64,000 nt of DNA from the human T2T-CHM13v2.0 reference genome, Homo sapiens: NCBI RefSeq assembly GCF_009914755.1, contig NC_060936.1; one strand, given 5' to 3'. Position 1 is the stretch's first letter; each line of letters opens with the position of its first letter. The notes below the pieces were generated by a model. It ran no database searches and was not told the DNA's origin. It was given only the letters and a program-made list of their open reading frames with translations. Below, piece by piece: positions 26,622-41,200 of the stretch. Position numbers and translations under genes: made by a program.

Positions 26622-27642
26622 ATCTCCAGCTGCAAATACCACAAAAAGTGTGTTTAACATCCACTCTGTCTAAAGTAAAGTTCAGTTCTGTGAGTTGAAT
26701 ACACACAGCACAAAGAAGTTACTGAGACTTCTTCTGTCTAACATTGTATGAAGAAATCCCGTTTCCAACGAAGGCCTCAAAGAGGTCCAAATATCCACTT
26801 GCAGACTTGTCAATCGGAGTGTTTCCAAACTGCACCATCAAAAGAAAGGTTAAACTCTGTGAGCTGAACACACACATCACAAAGTAGTTTCTGTGAATGA
26901 TTCTGTCTAATTTTTATACGAAGATGTTTCCTTTTCTACATTTGGCCTAAAAGCGCTTGAAATCTCCACCTGCAAATATCACAAAAAGAGGGTTTCACAT
27001 CTGCTCTGTCTAAAGGACAGTTCACCTCTGTGAGTTGAATAGAGGCAACACAAAGAAGTTACTGAGTATTCTTCTTTCTAGCGTTATATGAAGAAATCCC
27101 GTTTCCAACGAAGGACTCAAAGAGGTCCAAATATCTGCTTGCAGACTTTACAGACAGAGTGTTTCCAAACTACTCTATGAAAAGAGAGCTTAAACTCCGT
27201 GAGTTGAACGCACACATCAAAAAGTAGTTTCTGAGAATGATTCTGTCTTGTATTTATACGAAGATATTTCCGTTTCTACGATTGGCCTCAAAGCGATTGA
27301 AATCTCCAACTGGAAACTGCACAAATAGGGTGTTTCAAATCTGCTCTGTCTAAAGGAAGGTTCAACTCTGTGAGATGAATACACACACCACAAATAAGTT
27401 ACTGAGAATTCTTCTCTCGAACATTACATGAAGAAATCCCGTTTCCAACGAAGGCCTCAAAGACGTCCAAATATCCACTTGCCGACATGGCAAACACAGT
27501 TTTTCTAAACTGCTCCGTGAAAAGAAAGGTTAAACTCTGTGAGATGAACACACACATCAAAAAGAAGTTTCTGTGAATGATTCTGTCTAGATTTTATAAG
27601 AAGATGTTTCCTTTTCTACCATAGGCCTCAAAGCGCTAGAAA
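26622..27642 (-). repeat. 6-mer HOR variant (d1 skipped)
   Basis: d4 (~26,623) is followed directly by d2 (~26,963). The d1/d2 hybrid switches within 26,927-26,939 (GATGTTTCCTTTTCTACATTTGGCCTAA). Confidence 0.88.
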
Positions 27643-29213
27643 TCTCCAGCTGCAAATTCCACAAAAAGTGTGTTTAACATCCGCTCTGTCTAAAGTAAAG
27701 TTCAGCTCTGTGAGTTGAATACACACAGCACAAAGAAGTTACTGAGACTTCTTCTGTCTAACATTATATGAAGAAATCCCGTTTCCAACGAAGGCCTCAA
27801 AGAGGCCCAAATATCCACTTGCAGACTTGTCAAACGGAGTGTTTCCAAACTGCACCATCAAAAGAAAGGTTAAACTCTGTGAGCTGAACACACACATCAC
27901 AAAGTAGTTTCTGTGAATGATTCTGTCTAGTTTTTATACGAAGATGTTTCCTTTTCTACCTTTGGTCTCAAAGCGATTGAAATCTCCACATGGAAACTCC
28001 ACAAAAAGAGTGTTTGAAATCTGCTCTTTCTGAAGGAAGGTTCAACTCTGTGAGTTGAATACACACACCACAAATAAGTTACTGAGAATTCTTCCGTGTA
28101 ACATTATATGAGGAAATCCCGTTTCCAACGAAGGCCTCAAAGAGGTCCAAATATCCACTTGCAGACTTTACAAAGACAGTGTCTCCAAACTCCTCCATCA
28201 AAAGAAAGGTTATACTCTGTGAATTGAACGCACACATCACAAAGTAGTTTCTGAGAATGATTCTGTCTAGTTTTTATACGAAGATATTTCCTTTTCTACA
28301 TTTGGCCTAAAAGTGCTTGAAATCTCCACCTGCAAATATCACAAAAAGAGGGTTTCACATCTGCTCTGTCTAAAGGACAGTTCACCTCTGTGAGTTGAAT
28401 AGAGGCAACACAAAGAAGTTAGTGAGTATTCTTCTTTCTAGCGTTACATGAAGAAATCCCTTTTCCAACGAAGGCCTCAAAGAGGTCCAAATATCTGCTT
28501 GCAGACTTTACAGACAGAGTGTTTCCAAACTACTCTATGAAAAGAAAGCTTAAACTCCGTGAGTTGAACGCACACATCACAAAGTAGTTTCTGAGAATGA
28601 TTCTGTCTTGTATTTATACGAAGATATTTCCGTTTCTACGATTGGCCTCAAAGCGATTGAAATCTCCCACTGGAAACTGCACAAATAGGGTGTTTCAAAT
28701 CTGCTCTGTCTAAAGGAAGGTTCAACTCTGTGAGTTGAATACACACACCACAAATAAGTTACTGAGAATTCTTCTCTCGAACATTACATGAAGAAATCCC
28801 GTTTCCAACGAAGGCCTCAAAGAGGTCCAAATATCCACTTGCCGACATGGCAAACACAGTTTTTCCAAACTGCTCCGTGAAAAGAAAGGTTAAACTCTGT
28901 GAGATGAACACACACATCAAAAAGAAGTTTCTGTGAATGATTCTGTCTAGATTTTATAAGAAGATGTTTCCTTTTCTACCATAGGCCTCAAAGCGCTAGG
29001 AATCTCTAGCTGCAAATTCCACAAAAAGTGTGTTTAACATCCGCTCTGTCTAAGGTAATGTTCAGCTCTGTAAGTTGAATACACACAGCACAAAGAAGTT
29101 ACGGAGACTTCTTCTGTCTAACATTATATGAAGAAATCCCGTTTCCAACGAAGGCCTCAAAGAGGTCCAAATATCCACTTGCAGACTTGTCAAACGGAGT
29201 GTTTCCAAACTGC

Positions 29214-32200
29214 ACCATCAAAAGAAAGGTTAAACTCTGTGAGCTGAACACACACATCACAAAGTAGTTTCTGTGAATGATTCTGTCTAGTTTTTATACG
29301 AAGATGTTTCCTTTTCTACCTTTGGTCTCAAAGCGATTAAAATCTCCACATGGAAACTCCACAAAAAGAGTGTTTGAAATCTGCTCTTTCTGAAGGAAGG
29401 TTCAACTCTGTGAGTTGAATAGACACACCACAAATAACTTACTGAGAATTCTTCTGTGTAACATTATATGAGGAAATCCCGTTTCCAATGAAGGCCTCAA
29501 AGAGGTCCAAATATCCACTTGCAGACTTAACAAAGACAGTGTCTCCAAACTCCTCCATCAAAAGAAAGGTTATACTTTGTGAATTGAACGCACACATCAC
29601 AAAGTAGTTTCTGAGAATGATTCTGTCTAGTTTTTATACGAAGATATTTCCTTTTCTACATTTGGCCAAAAAGCGCTTGAAATCTCCACCTGCAAATATC
29701 ACAAAAAGAGGGTTTCACATCTGCTCTGTCTAAAGGACAGTTCACCTCTGTGAGTTGAATAGAGGCAACACAAAGAAATTACTGAGTATTCTTCTTTCTA
29801 GCGTTACATGAAGAAATCCCGTTTCCAACGAAGGCCTCAAAGAGTTCCAAATATCTGCTTGCAGACTTTACAGACAGAGTGTTTCCAAACTACTCTATGA
29901 AAAGAGAGCTTAAACTCCGTGAGTTGAACGCACACATCACAAAGTAGTTTCTGACAATGATTCTGTCTTGTATTTATACGAAGATATTTCTGTTTCTACG
30001 ATTGGCCTCAAAGCGATTGAAATCTCCTACTGGAAACTGCACAAATAGGGTGTTTCAAATCTGCTCTGTCTAAAGGAAGGTTCAACTCTGTGGGTTGAAT
30101 ACACACACCACAAATAAGTTACTGAGAATTCTTCTCTCGAACTTTACATGAAGAAATCCCGTTTCCAACGAAGGCCTCAAAGAGGTCCAAATATCCACTT
30201 GCCGACATGGCAAACACAGTGTTTGCAAACTGCTCCATCAAAAGAAAGGTTAACCTCTGTGAGATGAACACACACATCAAAAAGAAGTTTCTGTGAATGA
30301 TTCTGTCTAGATTTTATAAGAAGATGTTTCCTTTTCTACCATAGGCCTCAAAGCACTAGAAATCTCCAGCTGCAAATTCCACAAAAAGTGTGTTTAACAT
30401 CCGCTCTGTCTAAAGTAAAGTTCAGCTCTGTGAGTTGAATACACACAGCACAAAGAAGTTACTGAGACTTCTTCTGTCTAACATTATATGAGGAAATCCC
30501 TTTTCCAACGAAGGCCTCAAAGAGGTCCAAATATCCACTTGCAGACTTGTCAAACGGAGTGTTTCCAAACTGCACCATCAAAAGAAAGGTTAAACTCTGT
30601 GAGCTGAACACACACATCACAAAGTAGTTTCTGTGAATGATTCTGTCTAGTTTTTATACGAAGATGTATCCTTTTCTACCTTTGGTCTCAAAGCGATTGA
30701 AATCTCCACATGGAAACTCCACAAAAAGAGTGTTTCAAATCTGCTCTTTCTGAAGGAAGGTTCAACTCTGTGAGTTGAATACACACACCACAAATAAGTT
30801 ACTGAGAATTCTCCTGTGTAACATTATATGAGGAAATCCCGTTTCCAACAAAGGCCTCAAAGAGGTCCAAATATCCACTTGCAGATTTTACAAAGACAGT
30901 GTCTCCAAACTCCTCCATCAAAAGAAAGGTTATACTCTGTGAATTGAACGCACACATCACAAAGTAGTTTCTGAGAATGATTCTGTCTACTTTTTATACG
31001 AAGATATTTCCTTTTCTACATTTGGCCTAAAAGCGCTTGAAATCTCCACCTGCAAATATCACAAAAAGAGGGTTTCACATCTGCTCTGTCTAAAGGACAG
31101 TTCACCTCTGTGAGTTGAATAGAGACAACACAAAGAAGTTACTGAGTATTCTTCTTTCTAGCGTTATATGAAGAAATCCCGTTTCCAACGAAGGCCTCAA
31201 AGAGGTCCAAATATCTGCTTGCAGACTTTACAGATAGAGTGTTTCCAAACTACTCTATGAAAAGAGAGCTTAAACTCCTTGATTTGAACGCACACATCAC
31301 AAAGTAGTTTCTGAGAATGATTCTGTCTTGTATTTATACGAAGATATTTCCGTTTCTACGATTGGCGTCAAAGCGATTGAAATCTCCAACTGGAAACTGC
31401 ACAAATAGGGTGTTTCAAATCTGCTCTGCTAAAGGAAGGTTCAACTCTGTGAGTTGAATACACACACCACAAATAAGTTACTGAGAATTCTTCTGTCGAA
31501 CATTACATGAAGAAATCCCGTTTCCAACGAAGGCCTCAAAGAGGTCCAAATATCCAGTTGCTGACAATGCAAACACATTTTTTCCAAACTGCTCCGTCAA
31601 AAGAAAGGTTAAACTCTGTGAGATGAACACACACATCAAAAAGAAGTTTCTGTGAATGATTCTGTCTGGATTTTATAAGAAGATGTTTCCTTTTCTACCA
31701 TAGGCCTCAAAGCGCTAGAAATCTCCAGCTGCAAATTCCACAAAATTGTGTTTAACATCCGCTCTGTCTAAAGTAATGTTCAGCTCTGTGAGTTGAATAC
31801 ACACAGCAAAAAGAAGTTACTGAGACTTCTTCTGTCTAACATTATATGAAGAACTCCCTTTTCCAACGAAGGCCTCAAAGAGGTCCAAATATCCACTTGC
31901 AGACTTGTCAAACGGAGTTTTTCCAAACTGCACCATCAAAAGAAATGTTAAACTCTGTGAGCTGAACACACACATCACAAAGTAGTTTCTGTGAATGATT
32001 CTGTCTAGTTTTTATTTGAAGATGTTTCCTTTTCTACCTTTGGTCTCAATGCGATTGAAATCTCCACATGGAAACTCCACTAAAAGAGTGTTTCAAATCT
32101 GCTCTTTCTGAAGGAAGGTTCAACTCTGTGAGTTGAATACACACACCACAAATAAGTTACTGAGAATTCTTCTGTGTAACATTATATGAGGAAATCCCGT

Positions 32201-35200
32201 TTCCAATGAAGGCCTCAAAGAGGTCCAAATATCCACTTGCAGACTTTACAAAGACAGTGTCTCCAAACTCCTCCATCAAAAGAAAGGTTATACTCTGTGA
32301 ATTGAACGCACACATCACAAAGTAGTTTCTGAGAATGATTCTGTCTAGTTTTTCTACGAAGATATTTCCTTTTCCACATTTGGCCTAAAAGCGCTTGAAA
32401 TCTCCACCTGCAAATATCACAAAAAGAGGGTTTCACATCTGCTCTGTCTAAAGGACAGTTCACCTCTGTGAGTTGAATAGAGGCAACACAAGGAAGTTAC
32501 TGAGTATTCTTCTTTCTAGCGTTATATGAAGAAATCCCGTTTCCAACGAAGGCCTCAAAGAGGTCCAAATATCTGCTTGCAGACTTTACAGACAGAGTGT
32601 TTCCAAACTACTCTATGAAAAGAAAGCTTAAACTCCGTGAGTTGAACGCACACATCGCAAAGTAGTTTCTGAGAATGATTCTGTCTTGTATTTATACGAA
32701 GATATTTCCGTTTCTACGATTGGCCTCAAAGCGATTGAAATCTCCAACTGGAAACAGCACAAATAGGGTGTTTCAAATCTGCTCTGTCTAAAGGAAGGTT
32801 CAACTCTGTGAGTTGAATACACACACCACAAATAAGTTACTGAGAATTCTTCTGGCGAACATTACATGAAGAAATCCCGTTTCCAACGAAGGCCTGAAAG
32901 AGGTCCAAATATCCAGTTGCCGACAATGCAAACACAGTTTTTCCAAACTGCTCCGTCAAAAGAAAGATTAAACTCTGTGAGATGAACACACACATCAAAA
33001 AGAAGTTTCTGTGAATGATTCTGTCTAGATTTTATAAGAAGATGTTTCCTTTTCTACCATAGGCCTCAAAGCGCTAGAAATCTCCAGCTGTAAATTCAAC
33101 AAAAAGTGTGTTTAACATCCGCTCTGTCTAAAGTAAAGTTCAGCTCTGTGAGTTGAATACACACAGCACAAAGAAGTTAGTGAGACTTCTTCTGTCTAAC
33201 ATTATATGAAGAAATCCCGTTTCCAACGAAGGCCTTAAAAAGGGCCATATATCCACTTGCAGACTTGTCAAACGGAGTGTTTCAGAACTGCACCATCAAA
33301 AGAAAGGTTAAACTCTGTGAGCTGAACACACACATCACAAAGTAGTTTCTGTGAATGATTCTGTCTAGTTTTTATACGAAGATGTTTCCTTTTCTACCTT
33401 TGGTCTCAAAGCGATTGAAATCTCCACATGGAAACTCCACAAAAAGAGTGTTTCAAATCTGCTCTTTCTGAAGGAAGGTTCAACTCTGTGAGTTGAATAC
33501 ACACACCACAAATAAGTTACTGAGAATTCTTCTGTGTAACATTATATGAGGAAATCCCGTTTCCAACGAAGGCCTCAAAAAGGTCCAAATATCCACTTGC
33601 AGACTTTACAAAGACAGTGTCTCCAAACTCCTCCATCAAAAGAAAGGTTATACTCTGTGAATTGAACGCACACATCAAAAGTAGTTTCTGAGAATGATTC
33701 TGTCTAGTTTTTCTACGAAGATATTTCCTTTTCCACATTTGACCTAAAAGCGCTTGAAATCTCCACCTGGAAATATCACAAAAAGAGGGTTTCACTTCTG
33801 CTCTGTCTAAAGGACAGTTCACCTCTGTGATTTGAATAGAGGCAACTCAAGGAAGTTACTGAGTATTCTTCTTTCTAGCGTTATATGAAGAAATCCCTTT
33901 TCCAATGAAGGCCTCAAAGAGGTCCAAATATCTGCTTGCAGACTTTACAGACAGAGTGTTTCCAAACTACTCTATGAAAAGAAAGCTTAAACTCCGTGAG
34001 TTGAATGCACACATCACAAAGTAGTTTCTGAGAATGATTCTGTCTTGTATTTATACGAAGATATTTCCGTTTCTACGATTGACCTCAAAGCGATTGAAAT
34101 CTCCAACTGGAAACAGCACAAATAGGGTGTTTCAAATCTGCTCTGTCTAAAGGAAGGTTCAACTCTGTGAGTTGAATACACACACCACAAATAAGTTACT
34201 GAGAATTCTTCTCTCGAACATTACATGAAGAAACCCCGTTTCCAACGAAGGCCTCAAAGAGGTCCAAATATCCAGTTGCCGACAATGCAAACACAGATTT
34301 TCCAAACTGCTCCGTCAAAAGAAAGGTTAAACTCTGTGAGATGAACACACACATCAAAAAGAAGTTTTTGTGAATGATTCTGTCTAGATTTTATAAGAAG
34401 ATGTTTCCTTTTCTACCATAGGCCTCAAAGCGCTAGAAATCTCCAGCTGCAAATTCCACAAAAAGTGTGTTTAACATCCGCTCTGTCTAATTTAAAGTTC
34501 AGCTCTGTGAGTTGAATACACACAGCACAAAGAAGTTACTGAGAATTCTTCTGTCTAACATTATATGAAGAAATCCCGTTTCCAACGAAGGCCTCAAAGA
34601 GGTCCAAATATCCACTTGCAGACTTGTCAAACGGAGTGTTTCCAAACTGCACCATCAAAAGAAAGGTTAAACTCTGTGAGCTGAACACACACATCACAAA
34701 GTAGTTTCTGTGAATGATTCTGTCTAGTTTTTATACGAAGATGTTTCCTTTTCTACCTTTGGTCTCAAAGCGATTGAAATCTCCACATGGAAACTCCACT
34801 AAAAGAGTGTTTGAAATCTGCTCTTTCTGAAGGAAGGTTCAACTCTGTGAGTTGAATACACACACCACAAATAAGTTACTGAGAATTCTTCTGTGTAACA
34901 TTATATGAGGAAATCCCGTTTCCAACGAAGGCCTCAAAGAGGTCCAAATATCCACTTGCAGACTTTACAAAGACAGTGTCTCCAAACTCCTCCATCAAAA
35001 GAAAGGTTATACTCTGTGAATTGAACGCACACATCACAAAGTAGTTTCTGAGAATGATTCTGTCTACTTTTTATAAGAAGATATTTCCTTTTCCACATTT
35101 GGCCTAAAAGCGCTTGAAATCTCCACCTGCAAATATCACAAAAAGAGGGTTTCACATCTGCTCTGTCTAAAGGACAGTTCACCTCTGTGAGTTGAATAGA

Positions 35201-38200
35201 GGCAACACAAAGAACTTACTCAGTATTCTTCTTTCTAGTGTTATATGACGAAATCCCGTTTCCAACGAAGGCCTCAAAGAGGTCCAAATATCTGCTTGCA
35301 GACTTTACAGACAGAGTGTTTCCAAACTACTCTATGAAAAGAAAGCTTAAACTCCGTGAGTTGAACGCACACATCACAAAGTAGTTTCTGAGAATGATTC
35401 TGTCTTGTTTTTATACGAAGATATTTCCGTTTCTACGATTGGCCTCAAAGCGATTGAAATCTCCAAGTGGAAACTGCACAAATAGGGTGTTTCAAATCTG
35501 CTCTGTCTAAAGGAAGGTTCAACTCTGTGAGTTGAATACACACACCACAAATAAGTTACTGAGAATTCTTCTCTCGAACATTACATGAAGAAATCCCGTT
35601 TCCAACGAAGGCCTCAAAGAGGTCCAAATATCCAGTTGCCGACAATGCAAACACAGTTTTTCCAAACTGCTCCGTCAAAAGAAAGGTTAAACACTGTGAG
35701 ATGAACACACACATCAAAAAGAAGTTTCTGTGAATGACTCTGTCTGGATTTTATAAGAAGATGTTTCCTTTTCTACCATAGGCCTCAAAGCGCTAGAAAT
35801 CTCCAGCTGCAAATTCCACAAAAAGTGTGTTTAACATCCGCTCTGTCTAAAGTAAAGTTCAGCTCTGTGAGTTGAATACACACAGCACAAAGAAGTTACT
35901 GAGACTTCTTCTGTCTAACATTATATGAAGAAATCCCTTTTCCAACGAAGGCCTCAAAGAGGTCCAAATATCCACTTGCAGACTTGTCAAACGGAGTTTT
36001 TCCAAACTGCACCATCAAAAGAAATGTTAAACTCTGTGAGCTGAACACACACATCACAAAGTAGTTTCTGTGAATGATTCTGTCTAGTTTTTATTTGAAG
36101 ATGTTTCCTTTTCTACCTTTGGTCTCAATGCGATTGAAATCTCCACATGGAAACTCCACAAAAAGAGAGTTTCAAATCTGCTCTTTCTGAAGGAAGGTTC
36201 AACTCTGTGAGTTGAATACACACACCACAAATAAGTTACTGAGAATTCTTCTGTGTAACATTATATGAGGAAATCCCGTTTCCAACGAAGGCCTCAAAGA
36301 GGTCCAAATATCCACTTGCAGACTTTACAAAGACAGTGTCTCCAAACTCCTCCATCAAAAGAAAGGTTATACTCTGTGAATTGAACGCACACATCACAAA
36401 GTAGTTTCTGAGAATGATTCTGTCTAGTTTTTCTACGAAGATATGTCCTTTTCCACATTTGGCCTAAAAGCGCTTGAAATCTCCACCTGCAAATATCACA
36501 AAAAGAGGGTTTCACATCTGCTCTGTCTAAAGGACAGTTCACCTCTGTGAGTTGAATAGAGGCAACACAAAGAAGTTACTGAGTATTCTTATTTCTAGCG
36601 TTATATGAAGAAATCCCATTTCCAACGAAGGCCTCAAACAGGTCCAAATATCTGCTTGCAGACTTTACAGACAGAGTGTTTCCAAACTACTCTATGAAAA
36701 GAAAGCTTAAACTCCGTGAGTTGAACGCACACATCACACAGTAGTTTCTGAGAATGATTCTGTCTTGTTTTTATACGAAGATATTTCCGTTTCTACGATT
36801 GGCCTCAAAGCGATTGAAATCTCCACGTGGAAACTCCACAAAAAGAGTGTTTCAAATCTGCTCTTTCTGAAGGAAGGTTCAACTCTGTGAGTTGAATACA
36901 CACACCACAAATAAGTTACTGAGAATTCTTCTGTGTAACATTATATGAGGAAATCCCGTTTCCAACGAAGGCCTCAAAGAGGTCCAAATATCCACTTGCA
37001 GACTTTATAAGACAGTGTCTCCAAACTCCTCCATCAAAAGAAAGGTTATACTCTGTGAATTGAACGCAGACATCACAAAGTAGTTTCTGAGAATGATTCT
37101 GTCTACTTTTTATAAGAAGATATTTCCTTTTCTACATTTGGCCTAAAAGCGCTTGAAATCTCCACCTGCAAATATCACAAAAAGAGGGTTTCACATCTGC
37201 TCTGTCTAAAGGACAGTTCACCTCTGTGAGTTGAATAGAGGCAACACAAGGAAGTTACTGAGTATTCTTCTTTCTAGCGTTATATGAAGAAATCCCGTTT
37301 CCAACGAAGGCCTCAAAGAGGTCCAAATATCTGCTTGCAGACTTTACAGACAGAGTGTTTCCAAACTACTCTATGAAAAGAAAGCTTAAACTCCGTGAGT
37401 TGAACGCACACATCACAAAGTAGTTTCTGAGAATGATTCTGTCTTGTATTTATACGAAGATATTTCCGTTTCTACGATTGGCCTCAAAGCGATTGAAATC
37501 TCCAACTGGAAACTGCACAAATAGGGTGTTTCAAATCTGCTCTGTCTAAAGGAAGGTTCAACTCTGTGAGTTGAATACACACACCACAAATAAGTTACTG
37601 AGAATTCTTCTCTCGAACATTACATGAAGAAATCCCGTTTCCAACGAAGGCCTGAAAGAGGTCCAAATATCCAGTTCCCGACAATGCAAACACAGTGTTT
37701 GCAAACTGCTCCGTCAAAAGAAAGGTTAAACTCTGTGAGATGAACACACACATCAGAAAGAAGTTTCTGTGAATGATTCTGTCTAGATTTTATAAGAAGA
37801 TGTTTCCTTTTCTACCATAGGCCTCAAAGTGCTAGAAATCTCCAGCTGCAAATTCCACAAAAAGTGTGTTTAACATCTGCTCTGTCTAAAGTAAAGTTCA
37901 GCTCTGTGAGTTGAATACACACAGCACAAAGAAGTTACTGAGACTTCTTCTGTCTAACATTATATGAAGAAATCCCGTTTCCAACGAAGGCCTCAAAGAG
38001 GTCCAAATATCCACTTGCAGACTTGTCAAACAGAGTGTTTCCAAACTGCACCATCAAAAGAAAGGTTAAACTCTGTGAGCTGAACACACACATCACAAAG
38101 TAGTTTCTGTGAATGATTCTGTCTAGTTTTTATAGGAAGATGTCTCCTTTTCTACCTTTGGTCTCAAAGCCATTGAAATCTCCACATGGAAACTCCACAA

Positions 38201-41200
38201 AAAGAGTGTTTCAAATCTGCTCTTTTGAAGGAAGGTTCAACTCTGTGAGTTGAATACACACACCACAAATAAGTTACTGAGAATTCTTCTGTGTAACATT
38301 ATATGAGGAAATCCCGTTTCCAACGAAGGCCTCAAAGAGGTCCAAATATCCACTTGCAGACTTTACAAAGACAGTGTCTCCAAACTCCTCCATCAAAAGA
38401 AAGGTTATACTCTGTGAATTGAACGCACACATCACAAAGTAGTTTCTGAGAATGATTCTGTCTAGTTTTTCTACGAAGATATTTCCTTTTCCACATTTGG
38501 CCTAAAAGCGCTTGAAATCTCCACCTGCAAATATCACAAAAAGAGGGTTTCACATCTGCTCTGTCTAAAGGACAGTTCACCTCTGTGAGTTGAATAGAGG
38601 CAACACAAAGAAGTTACTGAGTATTCTTCTTTCTAGCGTTATATGAAGAAATCCCTTTTCCAACGAAGGCCTCAAAGAGGTCCAAATATCTGCTTGCAGA
38701 CTTTACAGACAGAGTGTTTCCAAACTACTCTATGAAAAGAAAGCTTAAACTCCGTGAGTTGAACGCACACATCACAAAGTAGTTTCTGAGAATGATTCTG
38801 TCTTGTTTTTATACGAAGATATTTCCGTTTCTACGATTGGCCTCAAAGCGATTGAAATCTCCAACTAGAAACTGCAAAAATAGGGTGTTTCAAATCTGCT
38901 CTGTCTAAAGGAAGGTTCAAATCTGTGAGTTGAATACACACACCACAAATAAGTTACTGAGAATTCTTCTGTCGAACATTACATGAAGAAATCCCGTTTC
39001 CAACGAAGGCCTCAAAGAGGTCCAAATATCCACTTGCCGACATGGCAAACACAGTGTTTGCAAACTGCTCCATCAAAAGAAAGGTTAAACTCTGTGAGAT
39101 AAACACACACATCAAAAAGAAGTTTCTGTGAATGATTCTGTCTAGATTTTATAAGAAGATGTTTCCTTTTCTACCATAGGCCTCAAAGCGCTAGAAATCT
39201 CCAGCTGCAAATTCCACAAAAAGTGTGTTTAACATCTGCTCTGTCTAAAGTAAAGTTCAGCTCTGTGAGTTGAATACACACAGCACAAAGAAGTTACTGA
39301 GACTTCTTCTGTCTAACATTATATGAAGAAATCCCGTTTCCAACGAAGGCCTCAAAGAGGTCCAAATATCCACTTGCAGACTTGTCAGAGTGTTTCCAAA
39401 CTGCACCATCAAAAGAAAGGTTAAACTCTGTGAGCTGAACACACACATCACAAAGTAGTTTCTGTGAATGATTCTGTCTCGTTTTTATACGAAGATGTTT
39501 CCTTTTCTACCTTTGGTCTCAAAGCGATTGAAATCTCCACATGGAAACTCCACAAAAAGAGTGTTTCAAATCTGCTCTTTCTGAAGGAAGGTTCAACTCT
39601 GTGAGTTGAATACACACACCACAAATAAGTTACTGAGAATTCTTCTGTGTAACATTATATGAGGAAATCCCGTTTCCAACGAAGGCCTCAAAGAGGTCCA
39701 AATATCCACTTGCAGACTTTACAAAGACAGTGTCTCCAAACTCCTCCATCAAAAGAAAGGTTATACTCTGTGAATTGAACGCACACATCACAAAGTAGTT
39801 TCTGAGAATGATTCTGTCTAGTTTTTATACGAAGAGATTTCCTTTTCTACATTTGGCCTAAAAGCGCTTGAATCTCCACCTGCAAATATCACAAAAAGAG
39901 GGTTTCACATCTGCTCTGTCTAAAGGACAGTTCAACTCTGTGAGTTGAATAGAGGGAACACAATGAAGTTACTGAGTATTCTTCTTTCTAGCGTTATATG
40001 AAGAAATCCCGTTTCCAACGAATGCCTCAAAGAGGTCCAAATATCTGCTTGCAGACTTTACAGACAGAGTGTTTCCAAACTACTCTAAGAAATGAAAGCT
40101 TAAACTCCGTGAGTTGAACGCACACATCACAAAGTAGTTTCTGAGAATGATTCTGTCTTGTATTTATACGAAGATATTTCCGTTTCTACGATTGGCCTCA
40201 AAGCGATTGAAATCTCCAACTGGAAACTGCACAAATAGGGTGTTTCAAATCTGCTCTGTCTAAAGGAAGGTTCAACTCTGTGAGTTGAATACACACACCA
40301 CAAATAAGTTACTGAGAATTCTTCTCTCGAACATTACATGAAGAAATCCCGTTTCCAACGAAGGCCTGAAAGAGGTCCAAATATCCAGTTGCCGACAATG
40401 CAAACACAGTGTTTGCAAACTGCTCCGTCAAAAGAAAGGTTAATCTCTGTGAGATGAACACACACATCAGAAAGAAGTTTCTGTGAATGATTCTGTCTAG
40501 ATTTTATAAGAAGATGTTTCCTTTTCTACCATAGGCCTCAAAGCGCTAGAAATCTCCAGCTGCAAATTCCACGAAAAGTGTGTTTAACATCTGCTCTGTC
40601 TAAAGTAAAGTTCAGCTCTGTGAGTTGAATACACACAGCACAAAGAAGTTACTGAGACTTCTTCTGTCTAACATTATATGAAGAAATCCCGTTTCCAACG
40701 AAGGCCTCAAAGAGGTCCAAATATCCACTTGCAGACTTGTCAAACAGAGTGTTTCCAAACTGCACCATCAAAAGAAAGGTTAAACTCTGTGAGCTGAACA
40801 CACACATCACAGAGTAGTTTCTGTGAATGATTCTGTCTAGTTTTTATAGGAAGATGTCTCCTTTTCTACCTTTGGTCTCAAAGCCATTGAAATCTCCACA
40901 TGGAAACTCCACAAAAAGAGTGTTTCAAATCTGCTCTTTCTGAAGGAAGGTTCAACTCTGTGAGTTGAATACACACACCACAAATAAGTTACTGAGAATT
41001 CTTCTGTGTAACATTATATGAGGAAATCCCGTTTCCAACGAAGGCCTCAAAGAGGTCCAAATATCCACTTGCAGACTTTACAAAGACAGTGTCTCCAAAC
41101 TCCTCCATCAATAGAAAGGTTATACTCTGTGAATTGAACGCACACATCACAAAGTAGTTTCTGAGAATGATTCTGTCTAGTTTTTATACGAAGATATTTC

